DNA of 64,000 nt from Verrucomicrobiota bacterium (lineage in GTDB: Bacteria; Verrucomicrobiota; Verrucomicrobiia; Limisphaerales; JAHDYP01): assembly GCA_023383055.1 (NCBI GenBank), contig JAHDYP010000008.1, positions 11,341-75,340 on the forward strand, given 5' to 3'. This document shows positions 28,200 through 37,859 of the stretch, piece by piece. Within the stretch, counting starts at the first letter, position 1. Each line of letters begins with the position of its first letter. A program made the translations under genes and the position numbers. The notes under the pieces were generated by a model, which did no database searches, had not been told where the DNA came from, and saw only the letters and a program-made list of their open reading frames with translations.

Positions 28200-29741
28200 A
28201 TGAAAAAGCAACTCCGCATCCTTTACGTGGAAGATATCCAGGCCGATGTGGTGCTGGTGAATCATGAATTGCGCAAAGGTGGCTTGAAGTTTCGCACCAA
28301 GCGCGTCGATGCCAGGAACGTGTTCATCCGGGAACTGGAACAACATCCGCCTGACCTCATTCTCTCCGATCACGGTCTGCCGGGCTTTGACGGTCTCGCC
28401 GCCCTCGCGATTGCCAAGAGCAAATGTCCGAACGTGCCGTTTATTTTCGTCACGAACTCGCGCGGCAAGGATATGGCCGCGGAGATGTTTGAACGCGGCG
28501 CGACGGATTACCTGTTGAAAACGCATCTGGCGAAGCTCGTGCCGTCGGTGCGGCGCGCGTTCCGCGAAGCCGAGACGCGCGCCAGACTGAAACAGCAGGA
28601 GCAGGCGTTGCATGAGAGCGAGGATCGTTTCCGGAGGGTGGTGAAAGAGATCAAGCATTACGCGATTTTCATGCTCGATACGGAAGGCCGGATCGCCACG
28701 TGGAATGAAGGCGCGGAACGCGTGCAAGGTTACCCCGCCAAAGAGGTCATCGGTAAACCGCTCGCGACATTCTTTCCGCCGGCAGACATCGAACGCAAAG
28801 TCCCGGCAGCCGTGCTCAGGAAAGCGGAGCAGGAGGGACGCGCGCTCAGCGAAGGCTGGCGCGTGCGCAAGGATGGCTCGTTGTTTTGGTCACAGGGGAT
28901 CATCACGGCGCTGCGCGACAAAGGCGGCCCGTTGCGCGGCTTTGCCACAGTGGCGCATGACCTGACGAAAGAGAAGCAGGCGGAAGCTGAAATCGAACGG
29001 CTGAATTCACAGTTGGAATCGCGTGTCCTCGAACGCACGGCGCAGTTGGAAGCGTTGAACCGGGAGCTGCAGGCATTCAGCTATTCGGTTTCCCATGATT
29101 TGCGCGCACCCCTGCGGCACATCGTGGGCTATGTGGATATTTTGCAGACCGCCGCCGGCCAGACGCTGGACGCAACCAGCCGCCAGCATCTCCAGACCAT
29201 CGCGCGGGCGGCGACACAGATGGGCCAGATGATTGACGCCCTGTTGGAGTTATCCCGGTTGGACCGCGCGGAAATGCGCTTCAAGCGGGTGAATCTCGCG
29301 GCGCTCGTGGAGGATGTGCGCAGGGAATTGCGCAGTGAAATCAAAGGCCGGGACATTGACTGGCAGATCGGCGACCTGCCGGAAGTGCAGGGCGATCCGT
29401 TGATGCTGCGCCAGGCCATTGTCAATCTGCTTTCCAACGCGATCAAATACACGCGCACGCGGCCCAAGGCGAAGATCGAAATCGGGGCGAAGAACTGCGG
29501 ACGCGAAACGACCTTTTTCGTTCGCGACAATGGCGTTGGCTTCGACATGGATTACGCGGACAAACTCTTCGCCGTGTTTCAACGGTTCCACCGGTCGAGC
29601 GAGTTCGAGGGCACCGGAGTCGGCCTGGCGATTGTCCGGCGGATCATCCATCAGCACGGCGGCCGCACCTGGGCTGAGGGAAAATCGGATGGCGGCGCGA
29701 CGCTGTATTTTTCAATACCCAAACCGCCGGTGGCAACCTGA
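28200..29741 (+). CDS. hybrid sensor kinase, REC-PAS-HisKA-HATPase_c
   Basis: REC: YVEDIQ, DLILSDHGLPGFDG, FVTNS, DYLLK. A PAS-like region follows. H-box SYSVSHDLRAPL. ATPase motifs DNGVGF and GTGVGLAIV. Confidence 0.85.
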   Translation: MKKQLRILYVEDIQADVVLVNHELRKGGLKFRTKRVDARNVFIRELEQHPPDLILSDHGLPGFDGLAALAIAKSKCPNVPFIFVTNSRGKDMAAEMFERGATDYLLKTHLAKLVPSVRRAFREAETRARLKQQEQALHESEDRFRRVVKEIKHYAIFMLDTEGRIATWNEGAERVQGYPAKEVIGKPLATFFPPADIERKVPAAVLRKAEQEGRALSEGWRVRKDGSLFWSQGIITALRDKGGPLRGFATVAHDLTKEKQAEAEIERLNSQLESRVLERTAQLEALNRELQAFSYSVSHDLRAPLRHIVGYVDILQTAAGQTLDATSRQHLQTIARAATQMGQMIDALLELSRLDRAEMRFKRVNLAALVEDVRRELRSEIKGRDIDWQIGDLPEVQGDPLMLRQAIVNLLSNAIKYTRTRPKAKIEIGAKNCGRETTFFVRDNGVGFDMDYADKLFAVFQRFHRSSEFEGTGVGLAIVRRIIHQHGGRTWAEGKSDGGATLYFSIPKPPVAT

Positions 29742-29751
29742 TGCGACCCGT

Positions 29752-30888
29752 ATGAATTCCGCGGTGCGTGCAAAAGCTGAGATTGATATTCTGCTGCTCG
29801 AAGACAGTTGCCGGGACGTGGAGCTGGTGGCGCACGCGTTGCGGCGCGGAGGCCTGGGCTTCAAGGTCGAGCACGTGGACAGCAAGCGCGCCTTCATTCA
29901 GCGCCTCAATCAACGCGCTCCCGATTTGATCCTCTCGGATTTTTCGCTGCCGACCCTCGATGGTTACACGGCGCTCGCCATCGCCCACAAGAAATGCCCG
30001 GAGGTGCCTTTCATTTTCGTGTCCGGGACGCTTGGCGAGGAAACGGCGATTGAAACGTTGAAGAAAGGCGCGACCGATTATGTGCTCAAGGAGCGCCTGG
30101 TGCGGCTCGTGCCCTCCGTGCAACGGGCCTTGCGGGAGGCCAGGGAACGAACCGGGCGGCGGCGCGCCCAGGAACAACTCCGGCGCTCGCATAAACAACT
30201 GCGCACGCTTTCGGATTATCTGCAGTATGTCCGCGAAGAGGAGCAAATCCGCATCGCGCGGGAAGTCCACGATGAACTGGGCCAGTCGTTAACCGGCCTG
30301 AAGCTGCAACTGACCTGGCTCGCGAGCCGGCTGCCGAAGCGATCGAAGCCGCTTCACGAAAAAGCGCGGTCCATGGCCGCGCACATTGACGAAACCATCC
30401 AGGTCGTTCGCCGCATCGCCACCGAACTCCGCCCCGGCGTGCTCGACACCGCCGGATTGCTCGCCGCGCTGGAATGGCAGGCGAACGCATTTCAAACCCA
30501 GACCGGTATAGTGTGCGAGGTGAAAACTCAGATGAAGGAAACACTCTGGGACCAGGACCTCAACACCGCGTTCTTTCGCATCTTTCAGGAAGCCCTCACC
30601 AACATCATCCGGCACGCCAAGGCGACGAAAGTGGAAGTGCGCCTGGCGGAAGCCCGCGGCCAGGTCGTGCTCGAGGTCACGGACAACGGGCGCGGCATTT
30701 CCGACGCGGAAATTCATAATACGAAATCCATCGGGCTGCTTGGCATTCGCGAGCGCGCGGCGTTGCTGGGCGGCACCGTGCGCATCAAAGGCGGGCGCGG
30801 CAAGGGCACCGCCCTGACGGCCCGTATTCCCAAAACGTCCGTGGCGCGGACGAGATTGCATTCCCATGAGAATTCTCATCACCGATGA
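29752..30888 (+). CDS. REC-HisKA_3-HATPase_c sensor kinase (NarL-partner type)
   Basis: REC: LLLEDS, DLILSDFSLPTLDG, FVSGT, DYVLK. H-box REVHDELGQSLTGLK. ATPase motifs DNGRGI and GLLGIRERA. Start set to ATG 29752 (MNSAVRAK), 11 nt after the upstream stop. Confidence 0.8.
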   Translation: MNSAVRAKAEIDILLLEDSCRDVELVAHALRRGGLGFKVEHVDSKRAFIQRLNQRAPDLILSDFSLPTLDGYTALAIAHKKCPEVPFIFVSGTLGEETAIETLKKGATDYVLKERLVRLVPSVQRALREARERTGRRRAQEQLRRSHKQLRTLSDYLQYVREEEQIRIAREVHDELGQSLTGLKLQLTWLASRLPKRSKPLHEKARSMAAHIDETIQVVRRIATELRPGVLDTAGLLAALEWQANAFQTQTGIVCEVKTQMKETLWDQDLNTAFFRIFQEALTNIIRHAKATKVEVRLAEARGQVVLEVTDNGRGISDAEIHNTKSIGLLGIRERAALLGGTVRIKGGRGKGTALTARIPKTSVARTRLHSHENSHHR

Positions 30889-31495
30889 TCACGCCGTCGT
30901 GCGACAAGGCTTGCGGCTGATTCTCGCGGATCATTTCAAGAAAGCCGTGTTCGGCGAAGCGCGCAACGCCACGGAGGCGCTGGCCCGCGTCTGGAAGGAG
31001 AAATGGGACGTGGTGGTGCTTGACATCACGATGCCAGGCCGCAGCGGGCTGGAGGTGTTGAAGGAAATCAAACGGTCGCGCCCGAAATTGCCGGTGCTGG
31101 TCCTGAGCATGCATCCCGAAGACCAGTTCGCCGTGCGCCTCCTCAAGGCGGGCGCGGCGGGGTATCTCACGAAGGAGAGCGCGGGCGAGGAATTGGTCGG
31201 TGCCATCAAGAAAGTGGTCGGCGGCGGACGCTATATCAGTCCATCGCTGGCAGAGCGCATGGCCGCGTATCTGACCATCGACGTTCAGAAAGCGCCGCAC
31301 GAACGGTTATCGGACCGGGAATTCCTGATTCTGCGCATGTTCGCCTCCGGCAAACAAGTCAGCCAGATCGCCGGGGAACTGTCGCTGAGTGTCTCCACCG
31401 TCAGCACCTACCGCGCGCGCATCCTGGAGAAGATGGACATGAAGAACAACGCCCAACTGACACATTACGCGCTACAGAAGGAATTGGTGGATTGA
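30866..31495 (+). CDS. NarL/LuxR-family response regulator (REC + HTH)
   Basis: ILITDDH, DVVVLDITMPGRSG and a LuxR-type HTH (LSDREFLILRMFASGKQVSQIAGELSLSVSTVSTYRARILEKM). Overlaps the upstream kinase by 23 nt. It is the only DNA-binding protein I can identify in the window. Confidence 0.9.
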   Translation: MRILITDDHAVVRQGLRLILADHFKKAVFGEARNATEALARVWKEKWDVVVLDITMPGRSGLEVLKEIKRSRPKLPVLVLSMHPEDQFAVRLLKAGAAGYLTKESAGEELVGAIKKVVGGGRYISPSLAERMAAYLTIDVQKAPHERLSDREFLILRMFASGKQVSQIAGELSLSVSTVSTYRARILEKMDMKNNAQLTHYALQKELVD

Positions 31496-31504
31496 GGGAA
31501 CAGT

Positions 31505-31539
31505 GGGGTCTTTCCCATCCGGCGCTGAGGTCTTCACCC
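31505..31539 (-). promoter_or_regulatory. phased direct-repeat element (minus-strand reading GGTGAAGACCTC-N11-GGGAAAGACCCC) upstream of the wzz-like operon
   Basis: Plus strand shows ggggtctttccc at 31505-31516 and gaggtcttcacc at 31528-31539. Sits 58 nt before ATG 31597. Orientation is opposite to the flanking genes. Confidence 0.45.
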
Positions 31540-31596
31540 ACTACCCGAACCAGAGTTTTGAGCGGAGAATTCGCGTGACTGAGCGATGACAAACAG

Positions 31597-34524
31597 ATGA
31601 ACGACGAATCCAACGTGAATGGCGAGTTGCCCGATCCCTCCGCCAGCGGCAGGTCGCCGGGCCGGGCCAGGGGCAACGGCCATCGGCCGCCGTCCGAACC
31701 CAAAGCGCCGCAGTTCGGCGCGGCGGACCTCCTGCCTTTCGTAAACGCGCTGGGACAGCACTGGAGGTGGCTGTGGCTCGGCGGAACGGCGATGGCCCTG
31801 ATCGGGCTGCTTTCCGGTTTGTGGCTTTGGAAGCCCAGTTACACGGCCTCGGCGCAGTTGCTGCGTCAGGCTTCGGCGCAGGTGATGGAAGTTCTCGGTG
31901 ATCGCGAGTTGGATCCGAACACTTACGCCAGTGTGCTGCGCGCGCCGGAATTGGTGCAGCGCGTGGCCGCCCACGCCCGGCCACCGGTTACGCCCGAGTG
32001 GCTGGACAAGCGACTCAACATCACCCCGGAACGAAACAGTGATCTCCTCCTCATTGCTGTTTCCACCGGCGATCGGCAGGGCGCGGTGGATCTGGCCAAT
32101 CTTTACGCGCGGGAAGCCGTGGGGTTCATGCAGGAATTACAGACCAATGCCGCCGCGCGAGCCAGAATCCTGCTCGCCCAACAACTCGCTCCGATCGAAG
32201 CTGAAATCTCCTCGCTGAACAAGGCAACTCAACCAGCAGCCGCCCGCCGTGCGGTTGCGGCGCGATCGCCATTACTCGACAAGCTCCCCGCTGCGCAGCT
32301 GGAACTGGCCGATCTGCTGGCGCGCTACACCGAGCTACATCCGCTCGTGCGGGAACAGCAGGCGAAGGTGGCAGCCATCGAAAGTCAATTGCGGCTGGTG
32401 CCCGCAACGCCGCCAACGGCAGCCGACATTGCGGAAGAGGGGAGTGCCGGGCCGATCGGGCAGGATCGCGATCCCGTGGTCCTGCAGACGAAACTTCAAT
32501 CGCTGGAAAACGCGCGGCTGGCGTTGCTCGGGCAGATGCAGGCAGCCCTATCGCTGGAAACCCAACCGCCCGGGACATGCCGCATCCTCGCGCCGGCCAC
32601 GTTCAAAGCCGCGCTACCCCACACGCGAACAGCCAAGGTCGCGGTGCTCGCAGGATTTGGCGGCATGATAGGCCTCTTTATTGTCTGCGCCTTGATTTTG
32701 CTGGCCGAAGCAGTGGACCCCCGGCTCAAGACGGCCGCGGACGTGCAACGGGTCACGCGGCTGCCCGTCGTGGCGACGGCGGGTGACCTGGCGCACATGA
32801 CCGAAGCGGAACAGAGCAACTGGGCGTTTCGGGCGTGGACGAGTTTGCAGCGGTTGCTAAGCCCATCGTCGAACCAGGGGTTCGTTTGCGGCATCACGTC
32901 CTCGGAAAGTGGCGAAGGCCGTTCGACGTGGATCCGATTGCTGGCCGAGGAGGCGAGCCAACGCGGCTTTCGCGTCCTGACCATTATTGCGCGTCCGCCG
33001 GAGCATAACGGCAAAGCGATTACGGGGCAAAGCCGCAAGGCGATCACTGACTCGGCGCTGGCTGCGAACGATACCTCCGATTTGGAAGCGCTCGTGACCA
33101 GGAATGGGAACGGAGCGCTGACGGCGACCCATGTGCTCAACACACCGGACGAAGTGACGCAGAAATTGATTGGCCCGAATCCGGAACCCGTCGTGGAGAT
33201 TCCGCTGCCGGGTTGGGTGTGGAATCTCGAACGCCGCAAGCAATGGCACGCGGCCCTTCGTCACTGGAGCCAGATCGACAGCATCGCGCTGCTGGTCGAG
33301 TTGCCGCCCGCGTCCCTGCCGGAGACAGTGCTGCTGGCGGAGAATCTCCCCAACGTGATCTGGCTGGCAGACGGCGAGAAGGCGACGGCGGCCAGGACGC
33401 GCGAACAATTGGAGACGTTGCGCAACGCGCGTTGTCACCTGGCCGGAGCAGTGTTGAATCGTGCGCCGGTCCCGGTTTTGACCAATCGTTTTGCCCGCTG
33501 GCTGGGTTGCGCGGCGTTGATTTGCGGTCTGCCCGGGTGGTCCGCTTATGGCCAGGAGGGCGAAGTTCAATCCACGAACAAAACGGCCGGCGTGGCGAAT
33601 CCAAATCGTTCGCTCTCGGTCGTCACTCCCGCGCAGCGCGCCGCGTGGCAGGAGCGCTTGACACTTGGTCCCGGGGATGTGGTGACGCTGGCGCTGTGGG
33701 GCGAACCGGTCTTGACCCGCACGGAAGTGGCGGTCGGTCCCGACGGCCGGATCAGCTTTGCGGAAGCGCAGGACGTTCTCGCCACGGGACTGACGCTGGA
33801 CGAATTGCGCGTCAAGCTGGACGAGGAGCTCGGCAAGTATCGCCGCGCGCCACAAACGATGATTACGCCCGTCGCGTTCAGGAGCAAAAAATATTACGTC
33901 CTCGGCCGCGTCACGATGAAAGGGGTTTACGTTCTGGACCGGCCCATCACCTTGCTGGAAGCGGTCGCGCGCGCGCATGGTTTTGAAACCGGCCTGGTGG
34001 ATCGGAACATCATTACGGTGGCGGACTTCTCGCGAAGTTTTCTGATGCGCAAAGGTGAGCGCATGCCGCTCAACTTTGAAAGTCTGTTCCAAAATGGTGA
34101 TCTTTCGCAAAACCTCAGCATCGAGCCAGGCGACTATCTCTATTTCCCGGGCGCGAATGTCAAAGAAGTCTACGTCGTCGGTGAAGTGCGGTTGCCCGGT
34201 TCAACTCCCTACACCACTGGTTTGACGCTCATGGGCGCGATTACCGCCCGGGCCGGTTACACCGAGCGCGCTTACAAAGGCCGGGTGCTGGTCGTCCGCG
34301 GCTCATTGAACAAGCCGGAGACATTTGCCGTTGAGACCAAAGATATTCTTGCCGGGAAGGTGCCTGATTTTCGTTTGCAGCCCAAGGACATCATCTTTGT
34401 GAACTCGCGCCCGTTCATTTATGGCGAGGAACTGGCGGACTTGGCGATCACGGTGTTTCTCCAATCCCTTGTGTCGGTCGCCGTCGGCCAGGAATTGATC
34501 TATCCATTCCCAGTATCACCATGA
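31597..34524 (+). CDS. fusion protein: Wzz/GumC-like chain-length determinant + degenerate BY-kinase-like domain + Wza-like polysaccharide export (Poly_export/SLBB) region
   Basis: N-terminal TM segment plus a Wzz-like periplasmic/coiled-coil region. Second TM segment VAVLAGFGGMIGLFIVCALILLA. P-loop-like ITSSESGEGRSTW has Arg where the Walker A Lys is expected (codon 32920-32922). A signal-like segment RFARWLGCAALICGLPGWSAYG lies at ~33481-33560. It is followed by LGPGDVVTLALWGEP and SLBB-like repeats. Confidence 0.7.
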   Translation: MNDESNVNGELPDPSASGRSPGRARGNGHRPPSEPKAPQFGAADLLPFVNALGQHWRWLWLGGTAMALIGLLSGLWLWKPSYTASAQLLRQASAQVMEVLGDRELDPNTYASVLRAPELVQRVAAHARPPVTPEWLDKRLNITPERNSDLLLIAVSTGDRQGAVDLANLYAREAVGFMQELQTNAAARARILLAQQLAPIEAEISSLNKATQPAAARRAVAARSPLLDKLPAAQLELADLLARYTELHPLVREQQAKVAAIESQLRLVPATPPTAADIAEEGSAGPIGQDRDPVVLQTKLQSLENARLALLGQMQAALSLETQPPGTCRILAPATFKAALPHTRTAKVAVLAGFGGMIGLFIVCALILLAEAVDPRLKTAADVQRVTRLPVVATAGDLAHMTEAEQSNWAFRAWTSLQRLLSPSSNQGFVCGITSSESGEGRSTWIRLLAEEASQRGFRVLTIIARPPEHNGKAITGQSRKAITDSALAANDTSDLEALVTRNGNGALTATHVLNTPDEVTQKLIGPNPEPVVEIPLPGWVWNLERRKQWHAALRHWSQIDSIALLVELPPASLPETVLLAENLPNVIWLADGEKATAARTREQLETLRNARCHLAGAVLNRAPVPVLTNRFARWLGCAALICGLPGWSAYGQEGEVQSTNKTAGVANPNRSLSVVTPAQRAAWQERLTLGPGDVVTLALWGEPVLTRTEVAVGPDGRISFAEAQDVLATGLTLDELRVKLDEELGKYRRAPQTMITPVAFRSKKYYVLGRVTMKGVYVLDRPITLLEAVARAHGFETGLVDRNIITVADFSRSFLMRKGERMPLNFESLFQNGDLSQNLSIEPGDYLYFPGANVKEVYVVGEVRLPGSTPYTTGLTLMGAITARAGYTERAYKGRVLVVRGSLNKPETFAVETKDILAGKVPDFRLQPKDIIFVNSRPFIYGEELADLAITVFLQSLVSVAVGQELIYPFPVSP

Positions 34525-35765
34525 GCACCACCAATGCCTCCAACCCGGCGTCCGGGGGAAATCCTGGAAACGACTCCCCTCAAGACGACAGCAGGGACAA
34601 CCTGCCCTGTGGGTTTAGCGCAATGCTGCAGGGTGTGTTCGTCAACGGCCTTCTATTTGCCGTCGTGCTGATGGCCGGTTGCAGCACTGCAACCGTGCAA
34701 GACTACAACTCGAAAACTCACGGCGCCGCCCGCGCGCCGGCCGGCGTGAGTCCGGCCGGATCGGTGACGTTGACCAACGAACTGGACCAGCGTCTGCTCG
34801 AGGCGCCGACCGAGATGTTCACGCTGGGACCGGGGGACCGGCTCGAATTGGAGTTGATCGGCGATCCGGCTTCGCGAACCACCACGGTGGTGGCGCCGGA
34901 CGGAAAGCTCTATTTCAACCTGCTGCCGGGCCTGGATGTGTGGGGACTCACTTTGACGGAGGCGAAAGCCCGGCTGGAAAGCTCCTTCACCAATTATCAT
35001 CGCGAGCAGCCGCGGGTGGCGATGACCTTGCGCGGCGTGGAAAGCAAACGCCTCTGGGTCCTGGGAGTCGTGCAGGCACCGGGCGTTTATACCATGGCGA
35101 CGCCGAAGACCCTGCTGGAATCCATTGCGATGGCGGGCGGGACGTTGAGTATGACGACGTTCAGCGACCAGAACGCCGCAGGAATCGGCGAGGAACTGGC
35201 CGATTTGAAGCGCAGTTTTGTGCTTCGACAAGGCCGGCTCCTGGCCGTGGATTTCAACCGCTTGCTCCGGGAGGGTGATCTCAGCCAGAATATCTACCTG
35301 GAGCCGGATGATTTTGTTTATCTGCCGCCAGCCGCGTCGCGGCAGGTTTACGTTCTTGGCGCAGTGGTCCAGCCGCGGCCCGTGCCGTATATGGAAGGCA
35401 TGACCGTGGCCGGCGCGGTGGCGAGTGCCTACGGGACATTGCGGGACGCTTACCTGCCGCATGTAGCGGTGGTGCGCGGCTCGCTCGCGGAACCGCAGCT
35501 CACGATTGTCAATTACCGGAAGGTCATCCGGGGGGAGGAAAACGACATCCAACTGGAACCGAATGACATCGTGTACGTGCCGCTTTCGCCCTACCGGTAT
35601 TTGCGGCGGTATGCGGAAGTCATCTTGAACACTTTCGTCAGCGCTTCAGCAATCAGTGCCGGCTCATACTCCATAACCAAGGAGGAGGAGTTTGTCGGCG
35701 GCGTGTTCATTCCGGTGGGCAGCGGCGTTACGGTCATTCCGCCGGTTTCGCCACCTCCGCCGTGA
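34521..35765 (+). CDS. Wza-like outer-membrane polysaccharide export lipoprotein
   Basis: Lipobox-like VVLMAGCS, Poly_export-like FTLGPGDRLELELIGDP and SLBB-like repeats. ATGA overlap with the upstream gene. Confidence 0.75.
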   Translation: MSTTNASNPASGGNPGNDSPQDDSRDNLPCGFSAMLQGVFVNGLLFAVVLMAGCSTATVQDYNSKTHGAARAPAGVSPAGSVTLTNELDQRLLEAPTEMFTLGPGDRLELELIGDPASRTTTVVAPDGKLYFNLLPGLDVWGLTLTEAKARLESSFTNYHREQPRVAMTLRGVESKRLWVLGVVQAPGVYTMATPKTLLESIAMAGGTLSMTTFSDQNAAGIGEELADLKRSFVLRQGRLLAVDFNRLLREGDLSQNIYLEPDDFVYLPPAASRQVYVLGAVVQPRPVPYMEGMTVAGAVASAYGTLRDAYLPHVAVVRGSLAEPQLTIVNYRKVIRGEENDIQLEPNDIVYVPLSPYRYLRRYAEVILNTFVSASAISAGSYSITKEEEFVGGVFIPVGSGVTVIPPVSPPPP

Positions 35766-37735
35766 CCAGAGGCCGCCCAGACGTGAAAGGAGGTTGCAGA
35801 TATTTGCTTCAAGTGCGCGCCTGCAGGTGGCTGGCCGCGTTCGCCTGGTTTGGGCTGGTTCCCGCCTCAACAGCGGATACCACATGGAATTACGCGGTCC
35901 AGATCAGTGCCACGGTTCAGAGCGCGCCGCCGCAAATCATGCTCACCTGGCCACAGGACGATATCGGTGCGCTTCGCTATACGGTTTATCGGAAGGCCAA
36001 GGGAGACACTTCCTGGGGAACCGGCACGGTTGTGGACGGGACAACGACCCTTTACACGGACACCGCAATCAGCGTCGGTACAACCTACGAGTACCAAATC
36101 GTCAAGGACGCGACGAAGGGATACAAAGGTTACGGCTACATCTTCAGCGGCATTCAAGCGCCGTTGGCTGAGGAGCGCGGCAAGTTGATTCTGATTGTGG
36201 AGAATCGCCACACCACGGCGCTCTCCAACGAACTGGCCCGCCTGCAGAGCGATCTGACCGGTGACGGCTGGACGGTCATGCGCCATGATGTTTCGCCGAA
36301 TGATTCGCCGGCAGGTGTTCGCAACCTTATCATCGCCGATTACAGCGCTGACTCCACAAAAGTGAACACGGTGTTTCTGTTTGGTCATGTGCCGGTGCTG
36401 CATTCGGGAAATCTGAATTATGACACCCATGGCTCCCGTCCGATGCCGGCCGATGCCTATTATGGCGATGTGAATGGCAATTGGAGCGGGAATCCCGGTT
36501 ATCTGCCCTCCGACGTCGAGTTGATGGTAGGCCGGGTGGACCTGTTCGACATGCCGGGAAACAATGCGCCGAGCCCGTGGCCGGGCGAAGTGGAGTTGCT
36601 GCGGAACTATTTGAACAAGGATCACAACTTTCGCCAGAAACTCGTCACCGCGCCGCATCGCGCGCTCATGGGCGATCGCAGCGGAGCCGAAGGGGGACTT
36701 GCTACAGCGGCCAGCGGGTATCGAAACTTTCAGCCACTGCTCGGGCCGGGCACCATTGTTCACGCCAACGTGGAGAATGCTTCCCCGCCCGAGATGCGCT
36801 GGGGGCCGATGCTCGCGGCGGAAAGTTATCTCTGGGCGTTCGGCACCGGTGCCGGAAGCCAGACGACCCTCGGCTACCTTGGCACCCACGGACCCTACGC
36901 CGATCTCTACAGTATTGATGTGGTTGGTCAGGACGCGAAGGCGGTGTTCGTGATGCTGCTCGGAAGCTGGTTCGGCGAGTGGGATGGGAAGGACAATTTC
37001 ATGCGCGCGTTTCTGGCGACGCCATCACTGGGTTTGACCGCCTGCATGGCCGGAATGCCTCATTGGTATGTTCATCACATGGGCCTTGGCGAAACCATCG
37101 GATACGGCACGCGATTGACCATGAACAACAGCACACTTTACCGGAACCAAAACAACGTCTTCATGCGCGCAATCTATATCGCGCTGATGGGCGACCCGAC
37201 GCTGCGCATGGACGTTGTTTCGCCGCCCGGCGCGTTGAGCGCAATAGTGGGTGGCGGTGGCGTGACGCTGAACTGGCCGGCTTCGGCGGATGCCGTTCTG
37301 GGGTATCATGTTTATCGCAGCACGTCGCCAGGCGGTCCGTTCCCACGGCTGACCCCTTCGCTCGTGACCGCGAACACGTTCACGGACCCCACTGCTGCAT
37401 TAGCCACTTACACCTACATGGTGCGCGCGGTGACGCTGCAAACGACTCCCAGCGGAAGTTATTACAATGCGAGTCAAGGTGCCTTTGTGACGGTGGACGC
37501 AGCCATTGTTTCCTTGCCGATTCATTTGTCCGCGTCCCGGGCTGCGAACGAGCTGCGGCTCAGTTGGAATTCCCGGATTGGCGCTCAATACCGGGTGCTC
37601 GCCAATACCAATCCAGGCCAGACCGACTGGGTCGCCGTGAGCGGCAGGATCACCGCCACGGGAACCATTACTGCCTGGACGGACCCGACTTTCAGTTCCC
37701 AGTCTCAACGGTTTTATCAAATCACGAGTCCTTAA
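35762..37735 (+). CDS. secreted FN3-domain protein with gingipain(C25)-like central region and C-terminal RFY domain (paralog 1)
   Basis: The signal-like sequence CRWLAAFAWFGLVPASTA/DTTW suggests the real start is TTG 35804 or GTG 35813, after the AAAGGAGG at 35786-35793. N-terminal FN3-like unit (LRYTVYRKAK...YEYQIV). Central block has FLFGHVPV, PADAYYGD and ELMVGRVD. An internal FN3 follows (VTLNWPASADAVLGYHVYRS). C-terminus is ...QRFYQITSP. Confidence 0.55.
   Translation: MTRGRPDVKGGCRYLLQVRACRWLAAFAWFGLVPASTADTTWNYAVQISATVQSAPPQIMLTWPQDDIGALRYTVYRKAKGDTSWGTGTVVDGTTTLYTDTAISVGTTYEYQIVKDATKGYKGYGYIFSGIQAPLAEERGKLILIVENRHTTALSNELARLQSDLTGDGWTVMRHDVSPNDSPAGVRNLIIADYSADSTKVNTVFLFGHVPVLHSGNLNYDTHGSRPMPADAYYGDVNGNWSGNPGYLPSDVELMVGRVDLFDMPGNNAPSPWPGEVELLRNYLNKDHNFRQKLVTAPHRALMGDRSGAEGGLATAASGYRNFQPLLGPGTIVHANVENASPPEMRWGPMLAAESYLWAFGTGAGSQTTLGYLGTHGPYADLYSIDVVGQDAKAVFVMLLGSWFGEWDGKDNFMRAFLATPSLGLTACMAGMPHWYVHHMGLGETIGYGTRLTMNNSTLYRNQNNVFMRAIYIALMGDPTLRMDVVSPPGALSAIVGGGGVTLNWPASADAVLGYHVYRSTSPGGPFPRLTPSLVTANTFTDPTAALATYTYMVRAVTLQTTPSGSYYNASQGAFVTVDAAIVSLPIHLSASRAANELRLSWNSRIGAQYRVLANTNPGQTDWVAVSGRITATGTITAWTDPTFSSQSQRFYQITSP
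35897..36030 (+). repeat. near-identical 134-nt tract shared with 37938-38071 (candidate gene-conversion patch between tandem paralogs)
   Basis: By direct comparison at an offset of 2041 nt there are 4 mismatches in 134 nt (one in the first 107 nt). Flanking paralogous sequence is roughly 75-85% identical by eye. Confidence 0.8.
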
Positions 37736-37859
37736 TAGAACCATGCATTCAACCCACCGACCCATTGAACCCAGAGGCGCAGACCCGGCCGAGAACCGCA
37801 GAGTCCCATTCTCCCAGCGGGCTTCGCCGTTTGGGGAGCGGCTTCCGTTTCCCGCGCAG

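Noticed and set aside
32857-34110. 417-aa minus-strand ORF. The 299-aa ORF 34653..35552(-) is in the same class.
   Set aside because: Both are antisense to the Wzz-Wza fusion and Wza-like genes. No motifs are present.
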